The notes below the pieces were generated by a model. That model made no database searches. It saw nothing but the letters and a program-made list of their open reading frames with translations, and had not been told where the DNA came from. A stretch of 32,000 nt of DNA from Promethearchaeota archaeon (GTDB lineage Archaea; Asgardarchaeota; Lokiarchaeia; Sigyniarchaeales; Promethearchaeaceae): contig JAFGBS010000009.1 in the NCBI GenBank assembly GCA_016933055.1, positions 210,001-242,000 of the forward strand, in the 5' to 3' direction. The position numbers and the translations under genes are program-made. This document shows positions 7,952-17,630 of the stretch, in pieces; position 1 is the stretch's first letter, and each line of letters starts with the position of its first letter.

Positions 7952-9178
7952 ATGGACCGAAATCCCTATAAACCAATACATAAGTATGATGTCACTTATC
8001 AAGCCGTACAATCCTATCTCAATCATACGGAGTATATGAAGAAAAATGCGGTTAAAAAAACTGTATTTCTAGGATTTGACGGGTATGTGGATCTGATTTA
8101 TTCTTTAGTTGCATCAAGAGAAAGTCCCGAAACATGGAAGCGAATGACAACTATGAAACAATTTGGGGAACGCATTTTGAACACAGCAGGATCATCTTGC
8201 AATATTGAACGCGTTCTCAAAAAAAAGATTGCTGGTGGATTCGCACCCAATATGGCACGAGCTTTAGAAAATTTAGGATTAAAAATTATTTTGGCTGCCT
8301 CTATGGGTACTCCTGAAATCGCACCATTATTCCGGGAATTTAGTCATAATGTTAGGTTGATTTCCATACAAAATCATGGCACAACAATAGGCCTGGAATT
8401 TGATGATGGAAAAGTTATGATGACTGACTTCGGAAGCATTAATTCCTTAACTTGGGATAAGATTTTAGAAGCTGTTCCTCGGGAGGAGTTTATCGGACTA
8501 ATTGAGCAGTGTGATGCTATCGGACAAGGCCACTGGGCATTAGTTCCTGATATGAATTCTTTTTGGAAGAGCATGATAGATGAAATTTTTCCAAATATTT
8601 CTAATGCAAAACAGAGGATTTTCATGGTTGATGTTGCAGATGTGAGTAAACGATCGGACAATGATATTCTCGAAATGCTGCAACTACTTCATAAGGTAGA
8701 TGAAATAATGCCGGTGGTATTATCAATGAATGATCTAGAAACCATTGCGATCTCAAAAGTGCTCTCAAGAAATTCAGAGAAATTTGGGAAAAATAGCTTG
8801 GAAGCAATCGAAAATCGGCAAGATTTCTATGACATCGGTGAGCGGATGAACAAATTGCTAGATCTAAGCTATCTCACTAGCCATGATCCCCATTTTACCA
8901 CTATAACAACAAGAGAACATCATTATTGGGTGACTGAGGGATTTACCGCCCATCCAAATTTTACTACTGCTGCAGGCGATCACTATAATGCGGGAGTCCT
9001 ACTAGGGCTGGTGTGTGGGCTTCATCCTTACGAAAGTTTAGTATTAGGAAATGCGGTCACCGCAATTTTTGTGCGTACTGGGTATTCTCCTTCAATTGAA
9101 CAGACAAATAAATTTATCACAAATTATTTTCATTATGTATCAATGGATGACAATACCTTTAACTTGGACATCGAGTAG
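7952..9178 (+). CDS. PfkB/ribokinase family carbohydrate kinase
   Basis: C-terminal TTAAGDHYNAG matches the PfkB signature DTxGAGDxFxAG; AGGFAPNMARAL resembles the N-terminal GGxxxNxAxxL motif. Confidence 0.75.
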   Translation: MDRNPYKPIHKYDVTYQAVQSYLNHTEYMKKNAVKKTVFLGFDGYVDLIYSLVASRESPETWKRMTTMKQFGERILNTAGSSCNIERVLKKKIAGGFAPNMARALENLGLKIILAASMGTPEIAPLFREFSHNVRLISIQNHGTTIGLEFDDGKVMMTDFGSINSLTWDKILEAVPREEFIGLIEQCDAIGQGHWALVPDMNSFWKSMIDEIFPNISNAKQRIFMVDVADVSKRSDNDILEMLQLLHKVDEIMPVVLSMNDLETIAISKVLSRNSEKFGKNSLEAIENRQDFYDIGERMNKLLDLSYLTSHDPHFTTITTREHHYWVTEGFTAHPNFTTAAGDHYNAGVLLGLVCGLHPYESLVLGNAVTAIFVRTGYSPSIEQTNKFITNYFHYVSMDDNTFNLDIE

Positions 9179-9180
9179 GG

Positions 9181-9188
9181 TTTATAAG
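9181..9188 (+). promoter_or_regulatory. Candidate archaeal TATA box (TTTATAAG) upstream of glpD
   Basis: Matches the TTTAWA consensus in the intergenic gap, about 65-70 nt before the ATG at 9254. AT-rich background makes a chance match possible. Confidence 0.25.
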
Positions 9189-9253
9189 CTGGTTAATTCT
9201 TATAACCCATTTTTACCAGTTATTTTATCAATCTCTGAATCTAAACACACAAT

Positions 9254-10927
9254 ATGGGAATAGCCAATATTTTCAATACAGAATGGACATATGCCAATCG
9301 TGATAAGTTTATTGAAAAATTAAAAACCGAGGAATTCGATCTCATCGTTATCGGAGCGGGTGTAACAGGTGCTGGCGTTATACGTGAAGCAAGTTTACGA
9401 GGAATAAAAACTGCCTTATTGGATAAAAATGATTTTGCATTTGGTACATCCTCCCGTTCTTCAAAACTCGCTCATGGGGGATTACGATATCTAAATTATG
9501 CTGAATTCAAACTTGTACATGAGGCTTGTGTAGAGCGGAATTGGATGCGTGTTGATTTTCCTAATTTGATTCGACCGGATAGATTTACAATGCCGGGATA
9601 CAAAAAAGGTAAGGATTCCGTTTTGAAAATCTGGCTAGCCTTGTTATTATACGATCTTATGTCAGAAGTTGGCACGAAATTCAAGAATAGAGGAAAACGA
9701 AAATATATTTCGAAGAAAAAAACCTTACAAGAAGAACCCAACCTAAATCCAAATGGCTTAAGAATGGCTGGACAGTATTTTGACAACCATGTGGATGACG
9801 CACGATTGACTGTCGAAATTATTAAAGAAAGTGTTGCAACAGGTTATACAACAGCAGTTAACTATCTTGAAGTCTGTGATTATATAGTAGAGGATGGCAA
9901 AATTACGGGAGTACATATAGTTGATAATTTAACAGGTACTACGTTCTCCATTTTGGGTAAAGTGTTTGTAAACGCCACTGGAATTTGGACGGATGAATTG
10001 TTACGAAATTATCCTCGCAAACTTATTCGTCCTACTAAGGGTGTGCACGTAATGGTTCCGAAAGAACGAGTAGGGAACAATCATGCCTTGGTGTTACGAA
10101 CTATAGATGATCAGCGTGCATATTTTGTTCTAGATAGGGAGAAATATACTCTCATAGGCACTACAGATACAGATTATACAGAGGATTTGGACACGCCTTT
10201 CTGTACCAAAGAAGACTGCGATTATTTATTCCGTTCTGTGAATCACACCTTTCCTAACGCTAACCTGACTTATGATGATATTATATCCACGTATGCAGGG
10301 ATCCGACCCCTTGTTCGTGAAGAAGGAAAATCCGAAAGTCAAGTATCCCGAAAACATGCTTTATTTGAAACGGATGATGGATTAGTGACAATTGCAGGAG
10401 GAAAACTTACTACATGGCGTAAAATGGCAGAAGAAGTATTATATCACATTTTTAAGAACAATCGATTGCCTAAGGAGATACCAAAATCTGAATTAACAAA
10501 GGGATATTCGATGAAACCGTTCTTGATTGGCTTAGAACGGGAGGATTGGGATGAATTTGTTAAAGAAAAATCACCTGATTTGCCTTCTCATACCTTGGAT
10601 ATGCTCTATCAACAATATGGTAAAGGTGCTAAAAGAATCATTGAGTATATACTGCAAAATCCTGAAGTGGGAAAACCGTTTTTGGAGGAATGTTATTTCA
10701 TTCCCGCAGAGATCCACTACATAATGCAATATGAGTTCGCTCCCCGGTTGATCGACATTTTATGCAGAAGAACGGAGATAGCTATCAAGGTTAAACATAC
10801 ACAACAGCGTATCGTTGCAGAACAAGTCGCAGATATTATGGCTACATATTATAATTGGAATGAAGAGACAAAATCCAACGAATTGGAGCATTATATGGAA
10901 TACATCAGTAAAACCATTTGGTTTTAG
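9254..10927 (+). CDS. glpD: FAD-dependent glycerol-3-phosphate dehydrogenase/oxidase (GlpD/GlpA family)
   Basis: DLIVIGAGVTGAG FAD motif, DFAFGTSSRSSKLAHGGLRYL, DDARL, RPTKGVHV, LIGTTDTDY, YAGIRPLV, GGKLTTWRKMAE, and a C-terminal D(I)LxRRT motif. Confidence 0.93.
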   Translation: MGIANIFNTEWTYANRDKFIEKLKTEEFDLIVIGAGVTGAGVIREASLRGIKTALLDKNDFAFGTSSRSSKLAHGGLRYLNYAEFKLVHEACVERNWMRVDFPNLIRPDRFTMPGYKKGKDSVLKIWLALLLYDLMSEVGTKFKNRGKRKYISKKKTLQEEPNLNPNGLRMAGQYFDNHVDDARLTVEIIKESVATGYTTAVNYLEVCDYIVEDGKITGVHIVDNLTGTTFSILGKVFVNATGIWTDELLRNYPRKLIRPTKGVHVMVPKERVGNNHALVLRTIDDQRAYFVLDREKYTLIGTTDTDYTEDLDTPFCTKEDCDYLFRSVNHTFPNANLTYDDIISTYAGIRPLVREEGKSESQVSRKHALFETDDGLVTIAGGKLTTWRKMAEEVLYHIFKNNRLPKEIPKSELTKGYSMKPFLIGLEREDWDEFVKEKSPDLPSHTLDMLYQQYGKGAKRIIEYILQNPEVGKPFLEECYFIPAEIHYIMQYEFAPRLIDILCRRTEIAIKVKHTQQRIVAEQVADIMATYYNWNEETKSNELEHYMEYISKTIWF

Positions 10928-11047
10928 TATTTTTATGAATCTTGTTTTTTCCTTCAAATCAAAGCTCTAAAGAGTGAACTCGACTTTATTTAAATATCAT
11001 TATCGTTCTAGTTATCTTAAGACATAAAAATAAAATGATGGGATAAC

Positions 11048-11722
11048 ATGGCAACTTTTCAAGAGGTATTTTTCGCAATTATTAACTGGTTTCCCCGGAA
11101 TGCTGGTTGGATGCTTATTATTGGAGGTGTAATGGCAATCACATGGATGGGGTATGAAACAAAAAGAAAGCAAGCATTCTTTAAGAAGCGTTTTAAGAAA
11201 GAAGATTGGGAGGAAGTGGAGGTCTCAAAATTTCTCAAGGTACTCTCCTTTGCTGGCTTAGCCTTAGGAATTCTCTTTATTTGGGCAGCTGCAGTTGGTG
11301 CTATTAACAATATTCCTCCCAGTACCCAGTATGCAACTAAATTTGGAGATAAATGGGATTGGTTGACAACTATCTCATTATTAGTCGTCGGGATTGTGAT
11401 GTTTCTTAAACCAATTAATGATCTCCCTTGGTCTGGTATGATTGGATTGCTAGCTGGCGTTGCTACTGCAGTTTTATTGGTAGTGTTCATCCCTAAAACA
11501 TGGTTAGCTAACCCTAATGCAAAATGGGTGATCTTAGGCATTGGCTTTGTTATTTCAACTCTGGTGGGAGTATCCATGAAATTCTGGGTTGGAACTCTTC
11601 AATCAATCTCCAGAGTACTTTCATACCCTCCTATCGCTTTGGTTGTTGCACTATACTGTTTTGTGCAAGGAGGTTTGATTTTATTGTGGGGATTTGGATT
11701 AGGAAATCTTGGTGCAATTTAA
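11048..11722 (+). CDS. Polytopic membrane protein of unknown function (about 6-7 TM)
   Basis: 224-aa ORF with repeated hydrophobic segments and a basic loop after TM1; no family recognised. Confidence 0.75.
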   Translation: MATFQEVFFAIINWFPRNAGWMLIIGGVMAITWMGYETKRKQAFFKKRFKKEDWEEVEVSKFLKVLSFAGLALGILFIWAAAVGAINNIPPSTQYATKFGDKWDWLTTISLLVVGIVMFLKPINDLPWSGMIGLLAGVATAVLLVVFIPKTWLANPNAKWVILGIGFVISTLVGVSMKFWVGTLQSISRVLSYPPIALVVALYCFVQGGLILLWGFGLGNLGAI

Positions 11723-11750
11723 TCTCAAAATTCCTTTCTTTCTATTCTTA

Positions 11751-12530
11751 TTACTGATAACTTGTGATGAGACGGGAAAACATCACTCTTAAGTGGGTTT
11801 CTTCATCCGTTGAATTTTTACTAGCTTTAAAGTATCGCAAAAAGTCTTGTTCGTAGAAACTTCCAACGGGAGCACAGAGAATACCCCCGATTTTCAAATA
11901 ATCAAAAACTTGTTTAGGAACCTCTTTCATAAACCCCGTTACAAGAATCTTATCAAATTGAGATATAGGAAGCTCATTTATAGAATAAATTGGATCTCCC
12001 AAGTAAATCTTGATTCCTGCATTAATTCGATCCAAATTTGATTTGGTGATAGAGTAAATTTCAGGAACTTTTTCAATGACATATACTTGGGTCCCTTTCT
12101 CAATATCTTGAATAACACTTTCTAAATAACCTGATTTCGATCCTAATATCAAGATCTTATCATTTTCCTCAATGTCTAACAACTGAGCGATAATAGCTAT
12201 CATATGAGGGGCTCCTGTAGATCGAGAGAGTTTTGGGTCGAAGTAAAACGGGAGCGGTTGGTTTTTATAGTATCGTTCGAATAGCTCATTTAAAACAGTT
12301 TTCACATCGTTTGTATCGATATTTCCTCCACGAAGCTTCTTTTCAGGAGGTATAAAGGATTCAATCATCTCTTCTGTTATGAAATCTTCAATACGGATGT
12401 TTCGCATGGCCTGGACTACTCTTACATCATTAAGTAATTCAGTAATTGTCATCGATTCGAGCATTTTATAAAGTAATTCCGTGTTGGGTTCCTTGTATTC
12501 TGTTACAATTTTTTGTAGATTTTCAATCAT
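11751..12530 (-). CDS. Protein-L-isoaspartate O-methyltransferase-like protein (divergent)
   Basis: GAPHMIAIIAQLLDI (cf. ISAPHM), ILILGSKSGY (cf. LEIGTGSGY), FDKILVT, LKIGGILCAPVG, and VMFSRL (cf. VxFVPL). Confidence 0.75.
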   Translation of the reverse strand: MIENLQKIVTEYKEPNTELLYKMLESMTITELLNDVRVVQAMRNIRIEDFITEEMIESFIPPEKKLRGGNIDTNDVKTVLNELFERYYKNQPLPFYFDPKLSRSTGAPHMIAIIAQLLDIEENDKILILGSKSGYLESVIQDIEKGTQVYVIEKVPEIYSITKSNLDRINAGIKIYLGDPIYSINELPISQFDKILVTGFMKEVPKQVFDYLKIGGILCAPVGSFYEQDFLRYFKASKNSTDEETHLRVMFSRLITSYQ

Positions 12531-12696
12531 TTAGGACATCAATCCCCCGTGTTTCCCATGATCATAGTATATATTTAATTAACGTTATAGAATTAAAAAA
12601 AAATTTGGAATTTCCGAAAATTCCTTTGGAATAATACTCCTTTCAATTATTATTGGTAATGGGAATGAGTAAATACATTGATAAGTATTTAATTAT

Positions 12697-13206
12697 ATGT
12701 CCAGTGAAAATCCAACTTGGTATGATATTAAATCAGAAACAATGACCCGCGATGAGTACTTTGTAAAATTTGGCGATAAACCTGAAATTAAATCTACTTT
12801 TGAATCCTATTCTCCCAAAACGGATGTGATTAAAGAAATACACGACTTACTATTAGATCAGAATCAAAGTATAAAAATCTTAGCGTTAGGTGCTGGCTGG
12901 TGCAAAGATTGCACAACAAATGTGCCCAAATTAGTAAAAATAGTGGACAATTTACCTAATGAACGTGTAGAATTAAGGATGCTATATGGTGTGAAAGTAA
13001 ATCCTTATAGAAAACCTGGAGAACCTATTTGGTCAAAACATCATTCACCTCCAGAAACTCAAGATCCAAAATTTGCTGTGACTAAAATCCCTATGATCTA
13101 TTTCTTTGACAAATCTGGTGAATTCTTGGGAAAAATAGTGGAAAATCCAAAGCGGTTTTCTACCATTGAGGAATGTATCTTAGCCTTTTTGAGAGAGAAG
13201 TCCTAA
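12697..13206 (+). CDS. Thioredoxin-fold protein (Thioredoxin_9-like)
   Basis: GAGWCKDCTTNVP CxxC motif; KIPMIYFFD cis-Pro strand; FLGKIVENP. Confidence 0.85.
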   Translation: MSSENPTWYDIKSETMTRDEYFVKFGDKPEIKSTFESYSPKTDVIKEIHDLLLDQNQSIKILALGAGWCKDCTTNVPKLVKIVDNLPNERVELRMLYGVKVNPYRKPGEPIWSKHHSPPETQDPKFAVTKIPMIYFFDKSGEFLGKIVENPKRFSTIEECILAFLREKS

Positions 13207-13263
13207 ATTATACCAAGAGAGGAAAAGCAGAACTGAATAAAAAAATAAATAGAAAAATATTAT

Positions 13264-13674
13264 TTATTCCTCTAACTCGTCTCGAACTAATTCAGTAAGA
13301 GTTCTGAATTTGACTGCATCTGGTAGGGGCCCAATGACCTTTAGCTCGTTATTCATATAGGCTTGTGTTGCATCGATTTCACCAGAGAAAATTCCAACGG
13401 CAGTGTCTGAATCGAATTCAAGAGTGACATCTGGTTCTGCTGTATCACCAGGTCCGGTTTCGAATTTTCCACCGGAAATTTTCATCCATAAATTCGCAGC
13501 ACCGTCAATTGAAAATTGGAATATGCGGTCCCATCCTTCCACTTCTTCTTGTACTTCTTCGTTTTCATTGCAAATCTGAACAAATAAATTCATATAGTCC
13601 GGAATGTCTGCTGGCGTTAAGGAGCCTTCGTCAACCTTTTCCGCCAATTTTTCTTTTAATGCTTCGTCAACCAT
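13264..13674 (-). CDS. SCP2 sterol/lipid-carrier domain protein
   Basis: PDVTLEFDSDTAVGIFSGEIDATQAYMNNELKVIG matches the SCP2 consensus (xDxxxAFMxGKLKIxG). Confidence 0.88.
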   Translation of the reverse strand: MVDEALKEKLAEKVDEGSLTPADIPDYMNLFVQICNENEEVQEEVEGWDRIFQFSIDGAANLWMKISGGKFETGPGDTAEPDVTLEFDSDTAVGIFSGEIDATQAYMNNELKVIGPLPDAVKFRTLTELVRDELEE

Positions 13675-13827
13675 TTTAATTACCTATAAATGTAGATAAA
13701 ACAATATCTATCAATTAGTGTGGGATCAAATTAGATTTAAATTTTGCCCAAGGAAAGACATACAATCTCTCAAAAGACTGCATACTGATCAGAAAAGGTG
13801 TAGGAAAAACAAAGAAAAATGCAATTT

Positions 13828-14673
13828 TTACCAAAGACTTTCCTTGAGTTTGTTGAAAGATCGAATCTTAATTTTAGACACATCTTTCTGGAAGCGTTTA
13901 TCGAGAACAGCTTTAATCAACTCAATTTCATAATTGGATACTCGTTTTTGCATGAATTGTTTTTTAAACTTGTCTTTTAAGTCGTCTTCATATACGACGT
14001 CTTGACTTAATAACAATTCTCCAATAAAATTGAGTTTCCGGAAAAACGAAGTCAATAATTGCTGAAAAATTATCTTCTGTTGATTAAAATCATCCAATTT
14101 TAATACTTTGGTAAGTAAATCCTCTTCAATTTCAAATTTGTTGATTTCCCACGGAGAAATTAAAATAAATCCCTCTTCATCGATAGCAAGACAATTCTCT
14201 ATGTTTTGAAGGCTTTTAAATTCGTTTCTGTCTATTATTCGGATTCCATTGGAGTTTTTAAAAAATCTTGGGAAGAGTGCATCTAAAGTTCCATTTATTA
14301 CTTTTTCCATCATCGGATCTACTTTCGTTTGCACTATGATAATGGGGAGATCTAAAAATAGAGCATGTAAAACGTTCAAAGTGGCAAATTCTCCGACCAT
14401 CCCAACAAAATCTTTTAACGTTAAAAGTTTTTCTTTTTTCTCACGTTTAACAGCAGGAAGTTGGTAATCTGTGGTTTCATACGAACGTATATTACCTTTT
14501 TTATCCACATAAATAACAAATTGATGTTCTAAACATACACTCCCTTTAGGAATTTGGATTTTGAGAGCACCAAATGCTTTAGAAGCAAATACATAACTTG
14601 GTACTTTTATAGTTTTTTCCGCATTACACATAGGGCATTTAACATGTAATGAAATTTCTGATACTTCAACCAT
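13828..14673 (-). CDS. Hypothetical protein with N-terminal Zn-binding module (CPxC...CxxH)
   Basis: KCPMC...VCLEHQFVIYVDKKGNIRSY is a pattern I recall from Lokiarchaeia hypothetical proteins. C-terminal alpha/beta region unassigned. Confidence 0.7.
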   Translation of the reverse strand: MVEVSEISLHVKCPMCNAEKTIKVPSYVFASKAFGALKIQIPKGSVCLEHQFVIYVDKKGNIRSYETTDYQLPAVKREKKEKLLTLKDFVGMVGEFATLNVLHALFLDLPIIIVQTKVDPMMEKVINGTLDALFPRFFKNSNGIRIIDRNEFKSLQNIENCLAIDEEGFILISPWEINKFEIEEDLLTKVLKLDDFNQQKIIFQQLLTSFFRKLNFIGELLLSQDVVYEDDLKDKFKKQFMQKRVSNYEIELIKAVLDKRFQKDVSKIKIRSFNKLKESLW

Positions 14674-14789
14674 TAATATCTAGCACCCTAATTTGGAAGT
14701 GTATAATAGATAAGTTTTTTTACCCTAAATGCTGTTGCATGAAAACCAGATTAGCCACTGTTCATTGTGAAGAACCCAATATCGTGAGA

Positions 14790-15446
14790 CTAAAATTTAT
14801 AATATTTTATTCCTTTCTCTTTGAAGCCTAATCCCTTTATGAGATTATAACTCCCCTTATTTTTCCTATAGACCTCACAGCGAAGCTCTTGGATACCTGC
14901 ATTCTTAAAATAAGCCCAAGAAGCAATTCCAAGGGTAGTACCTATTCCTCGTTGTTGCCATTCAGGTAGAGTGCCCAAGCCACAAATATAACCGATCTTC
15001 TTACCATTCTCCTCTTCAAAATCAATAATAATAAAACCAGAATCAACTCCCCAAATAGAAGAAATAAGAATTATAGTATGGTTGTGCCGGAAAATCATCT
15101 CCATATCTTCTTCTTTCATTGGACTATAGGGATCTTCCGCTGTAATAAAGGAGCGATTGTATAATTGTGTTAATAGAGGTATATCCTCTTCTTTAGCGCG
15201 ACGAATCTTCACTTGACTTGCAATTCGTTTCTTTAGTTTCTCCTCGAATTCTGAAGTCAAATTCTCCTCTTCCAATACCATTTGGACATAAGGATAACCT
15301 TCTTCTGGAGGTTTCTCTCTTGCAACGGACTTAGAAACAGACAATTCTTGATCTTCTTCTTCCAAAGAAAATGTAGGCATCGAAAAAAATCTTCTAATTT
15401 GGTCCCGTTTTAAAGATTTTTTTTCATGGGATTGCTGAGAACTCAT
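14790..15446 (-). CDS. GNAT family N-acetyltransferase
   Basis: LGTLPEWQQRGIGT acetyl-CoA motif A; CEVYRKNKGSYNLIKGLGF motif B. Confidence 0.88.
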   Translation of the reverse strand: MSSQQSHEKKSLKRDQIRRFFSMPTFSLEEEDQELSVSKSVAREKPPEEGYPYVQMVLEEENLTSEFEEKLKKRIASQVKIRRAKEEDIPLLTQLYNRSFITAEDPYSPMKEEDMEMIFRHNHTIILISSIWGVDSGFIIIDFEEENGKKIGYICGLGTLPEWQQRGIGTTLGIASWAYFKNAGIQELRCEVYRKNKGSYNLIKGLGFKEKGIKYYKF

Positions 15447-15502
15447 ATACTATGATCAATTCGTTGATAATTTTATTTATGTTTTCGCTTAATATTTTTC
15501 CT

Positions 15503-16597
15503 CTAAAACCAAAATCCAACCCTTTTTTTCCCTATACCCTTGATAAACGTTGGTTCTCCACAATTTTTACAATTGTTCTCCGCATCTAGATTAATCGCTG
15601 AGACTGTGAAGCCCGTTCTTTCTATTAGGATATTATTGCATTTATGGCAATAAGTATTATTTCCTTTCGAACTATGCACATTGCCTATATAAGTATAATA
15701 TAAACCCGCTGCATGTGCAATATCAAATGCTTTTTCTAGCGTGGTTATAGGAGTTTGTGAATGATTTAGCATCTTATAATCTGGATGGTATGCAGAAAAA
15801 TGTAGGGGTGTTTCAGGACCGAGATTAGCTACAATCCACTCACACATATTCTGAATTTCTATAGGATTATCATTTTCCTCGGGAATAATAAGATTAGTTA
15901 TTTCAATATGCATTCCATGAGATTTCCAGTGTTTTGCAGTATCCAAAACTGGCTGTAAACCCTTGACTTTCGCAACTCGTTTATAAAAACTATCATTAAA
16001 CGCCTTAAAATCAATATTTGCAGCATCTATAACCTTAACTAATTCATCTGATGCTTCTGGAGTTGAAAATCCATTGGTAACTAAAACAGATTTTATATTT
16101 GCCTTTTTTGCGAGAGAAGCAACATCCATTACATATTCGTGCCATATTGTTGGTTCATTATAGGTAAATGCAATCAATTCACATCCCGATTGTTTGATAT
16201 TCTCAATCAACTCTGAAGGAGTCATTTGAACTAATTTATAGGAGTTATCTTTATACTCTCCTTCCTCACAAATTGCTTTGGATCCATTTTCATTAGGAAA
16301 ACACTGGGAAATTGACCAATTTTGGCACATTGTACAATGAAAATTGCATCCCACAGATGCGATCGAATATATATCATGGCCGGGATAGTAATTATACAAA
16401 GGTTTTTTCTCGATTGGATCTATCGAACCTCGGGAGATAAGCGAACCGTATATCAATGTATACAGAGTTCCTGCTTCATTCAAGCGTGTGGTACAAATAC
16501 CTCTCTGTTTGTCCCGAATTACGCATCTATGAGCGCATACATTACACTTAACTCTTTTATCATCTAATTTTTGGTATAACATAGCTTCTTTTTTCAT
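15503..16597 (-). CDS. amrS: AmmeMemoRadiSam system radical SAM enzyme
   Basis: VKCNVCAHRCVI N-terminal Zn motif, DPIEKKPLYNYYPG, GCNFHCTMCQNWSISQ (CxxxCxxC), TYNEPTI, C-terminal TYCHKC Zn motif. Confidence 0.92.
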   Translation of the reverse strand: MKKEAMLYQKLDDKRVKCNVCAHRCVIRDKQRGICTTRLNEAGTLYTLIYGSLISRGSIDPIEKKPLYNYYPGHDIYSIASVGCNFHCTMCQNWSISQCFPNENGSKAICEEGEYKDNSYKLVQMTPSELIENIKQSGCELIAFTYNEPTIWHEYVMDVASLAKKANIKSVLVTNGFSTPEASDELVKVIDAANIDFKAFNDSFYKRVAKVKGLQPVLDTAKHWKSHGMHIEITNLIIPEENDNPIEIQNMCEWIVANLGPETPLHFSAYHPDYKMLNHSQTPITTLEKAFDIAHAAGLYYTYIGNVHSSKGNNTYCHKCNNILIERTGFTVSAINLDAENNCKNCGEPTFIKGIGKKRVGFWF

Positions 16598-16661
16598 TCT
16601 TCCACCAATACATGAAACTATATTTCACTAAAGTTCCTATAAAACAATGATCTGAATCTTA

Positions 16662-16669
16662 TTTATAAG
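16662..16669 (+). promoter_or_regulatory. Candidate TATA box (TTTATAAG) for the TPR gene
   Basis: Begins 27 nt before the in-frame ATG at 16689, a spacing compatible with a leaderless archaeal transcript. Confidence 0.3.
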
Positions 16670-16676
16670 ACTATTC

Positions 16677-17621
16677 GTGAGTTATGCAATGCCACAAAAA
16701 AATAATGAAGCAAAGGGACGGCTTGAACTTATTGAAAAGATTCGAAAAGAAATTGATTCTTTTCCCCATTTAAAAAGAGGTTATAGCAAAGAGCGGGAAG
16801 AGTTAATTGATTTACATCTTACATTAGGCTATTTGTATTCAGATCTGCCAGAGTTCCAAGGGCAATCCTTGCAAGAATTTCTTATTGCACACTCCCTCAC
16901 CAAAGAATTAGGGGATATGGAAAAATTTGCACATATTAACGGGATCATTGCATCTATGTATCTGGCTCAATTAGATTATTCTTCAGCTATTTCTTATTAT
17001 GAAGAATCTATACAACTCCTCAAGACCACTAAATATAACAAAGAAATGATGATTACAAAAAAAGGACTGGGTATTGCTTATCTAAAAACTAGGAATGTTG
17101 AAAAAGGAGTGCTGAACTTAACGAATGCTGCCGAAATTTGTGTAGATCTGGGCGATATAGATAATTATATGGAAATTATTACGATTTTGGGAGTATATTA
17201 TAAGGAACAACAAGAATGGGATACTTTCATAGATATTGAGACTAAGGCACTCAAAATATTACTTGATATGGGGGCAGATGAAGAGATATCAAAAGCTTAC
17301 TTAGATTTAGGGATTGCATATAGCAAATTAAAGAGGAATTCTGAAGCTCTAGCTCAATTTAAACAAACTGTGAACTATGCTATCAAATCTGAAAGCAATT
17401 TGTTAATTTATCAAGGAATAATCATGGTTGCAGAAACCTATTTTCATTTGCGGTATATTGAGGAAGCAAAAAAGGAGTACTTGCAAGCACTATCCATGGC
17501 GTATTATTTGGGAATGCAAAATGAAGTAAAAAAAACAAAAATGGTACTTCTTACTTTAGGTGCTACGGAAGAGGAATTGCATCTAGCGGAAAAAACAGGA
17601 AAAATGGATGGGAAGAAATGA
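16677..17621 (+). CDS. Tetratricopeptide-repeat protein
   Basis: TPR-like repeats (GIIASMYLAQLDYSSAISYYEES, GLGIAYLKTRNVEKG, DLGIAYSKLKRNSEALAQF). The start is GTG 16677 or ATG 16689. Confidence 0.8.
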   Translation: MSYAMPQKNNEAKGRLELIEKIRKEIDSFPHLKRGYSKEREELIDLHLTLGYLYSDLPEFQGQSLQEFLIAHSLTKELGDMEKFAHINGIIASMYLAQLDYSSAISYYEESIQLLKTTKYNKEMMITKKGLGIAYLKTRNVEKGVLNLTNAAEICVDLGDIDNYMEIITILGVYYKEQQEWDTFIDIETKALKILLDMGADEEISKAYLDLGIAYSKLKRNSEALAQFKQTVNYAIKSESNLLIYQGIIMVAETYFHLRYIEEAKKEYLQALSMAYYLGMQNEVKKTKMVLLTLGATEEELHLAEKTGKMDGKK

Positions 17622-17630
17622 CTTCCTATC

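Noticed and set aside
12607-12632. Paired short palindromes GGAA-T-TTCC and ATTCC-TTT-GGAAT in the divergent pcm-like/thioredoxin gap
   Set aside because: The arms are only 4-5 bp and I did not find the motif repeated elsewhere; chance is likely.
13264-13674. SCP2 protein as evidence of sterol metabolism
   Set aside because: SCP2 domains are widespread in prokaryotes and bind diverse lipids; no sterol-pathway genes are nearby.
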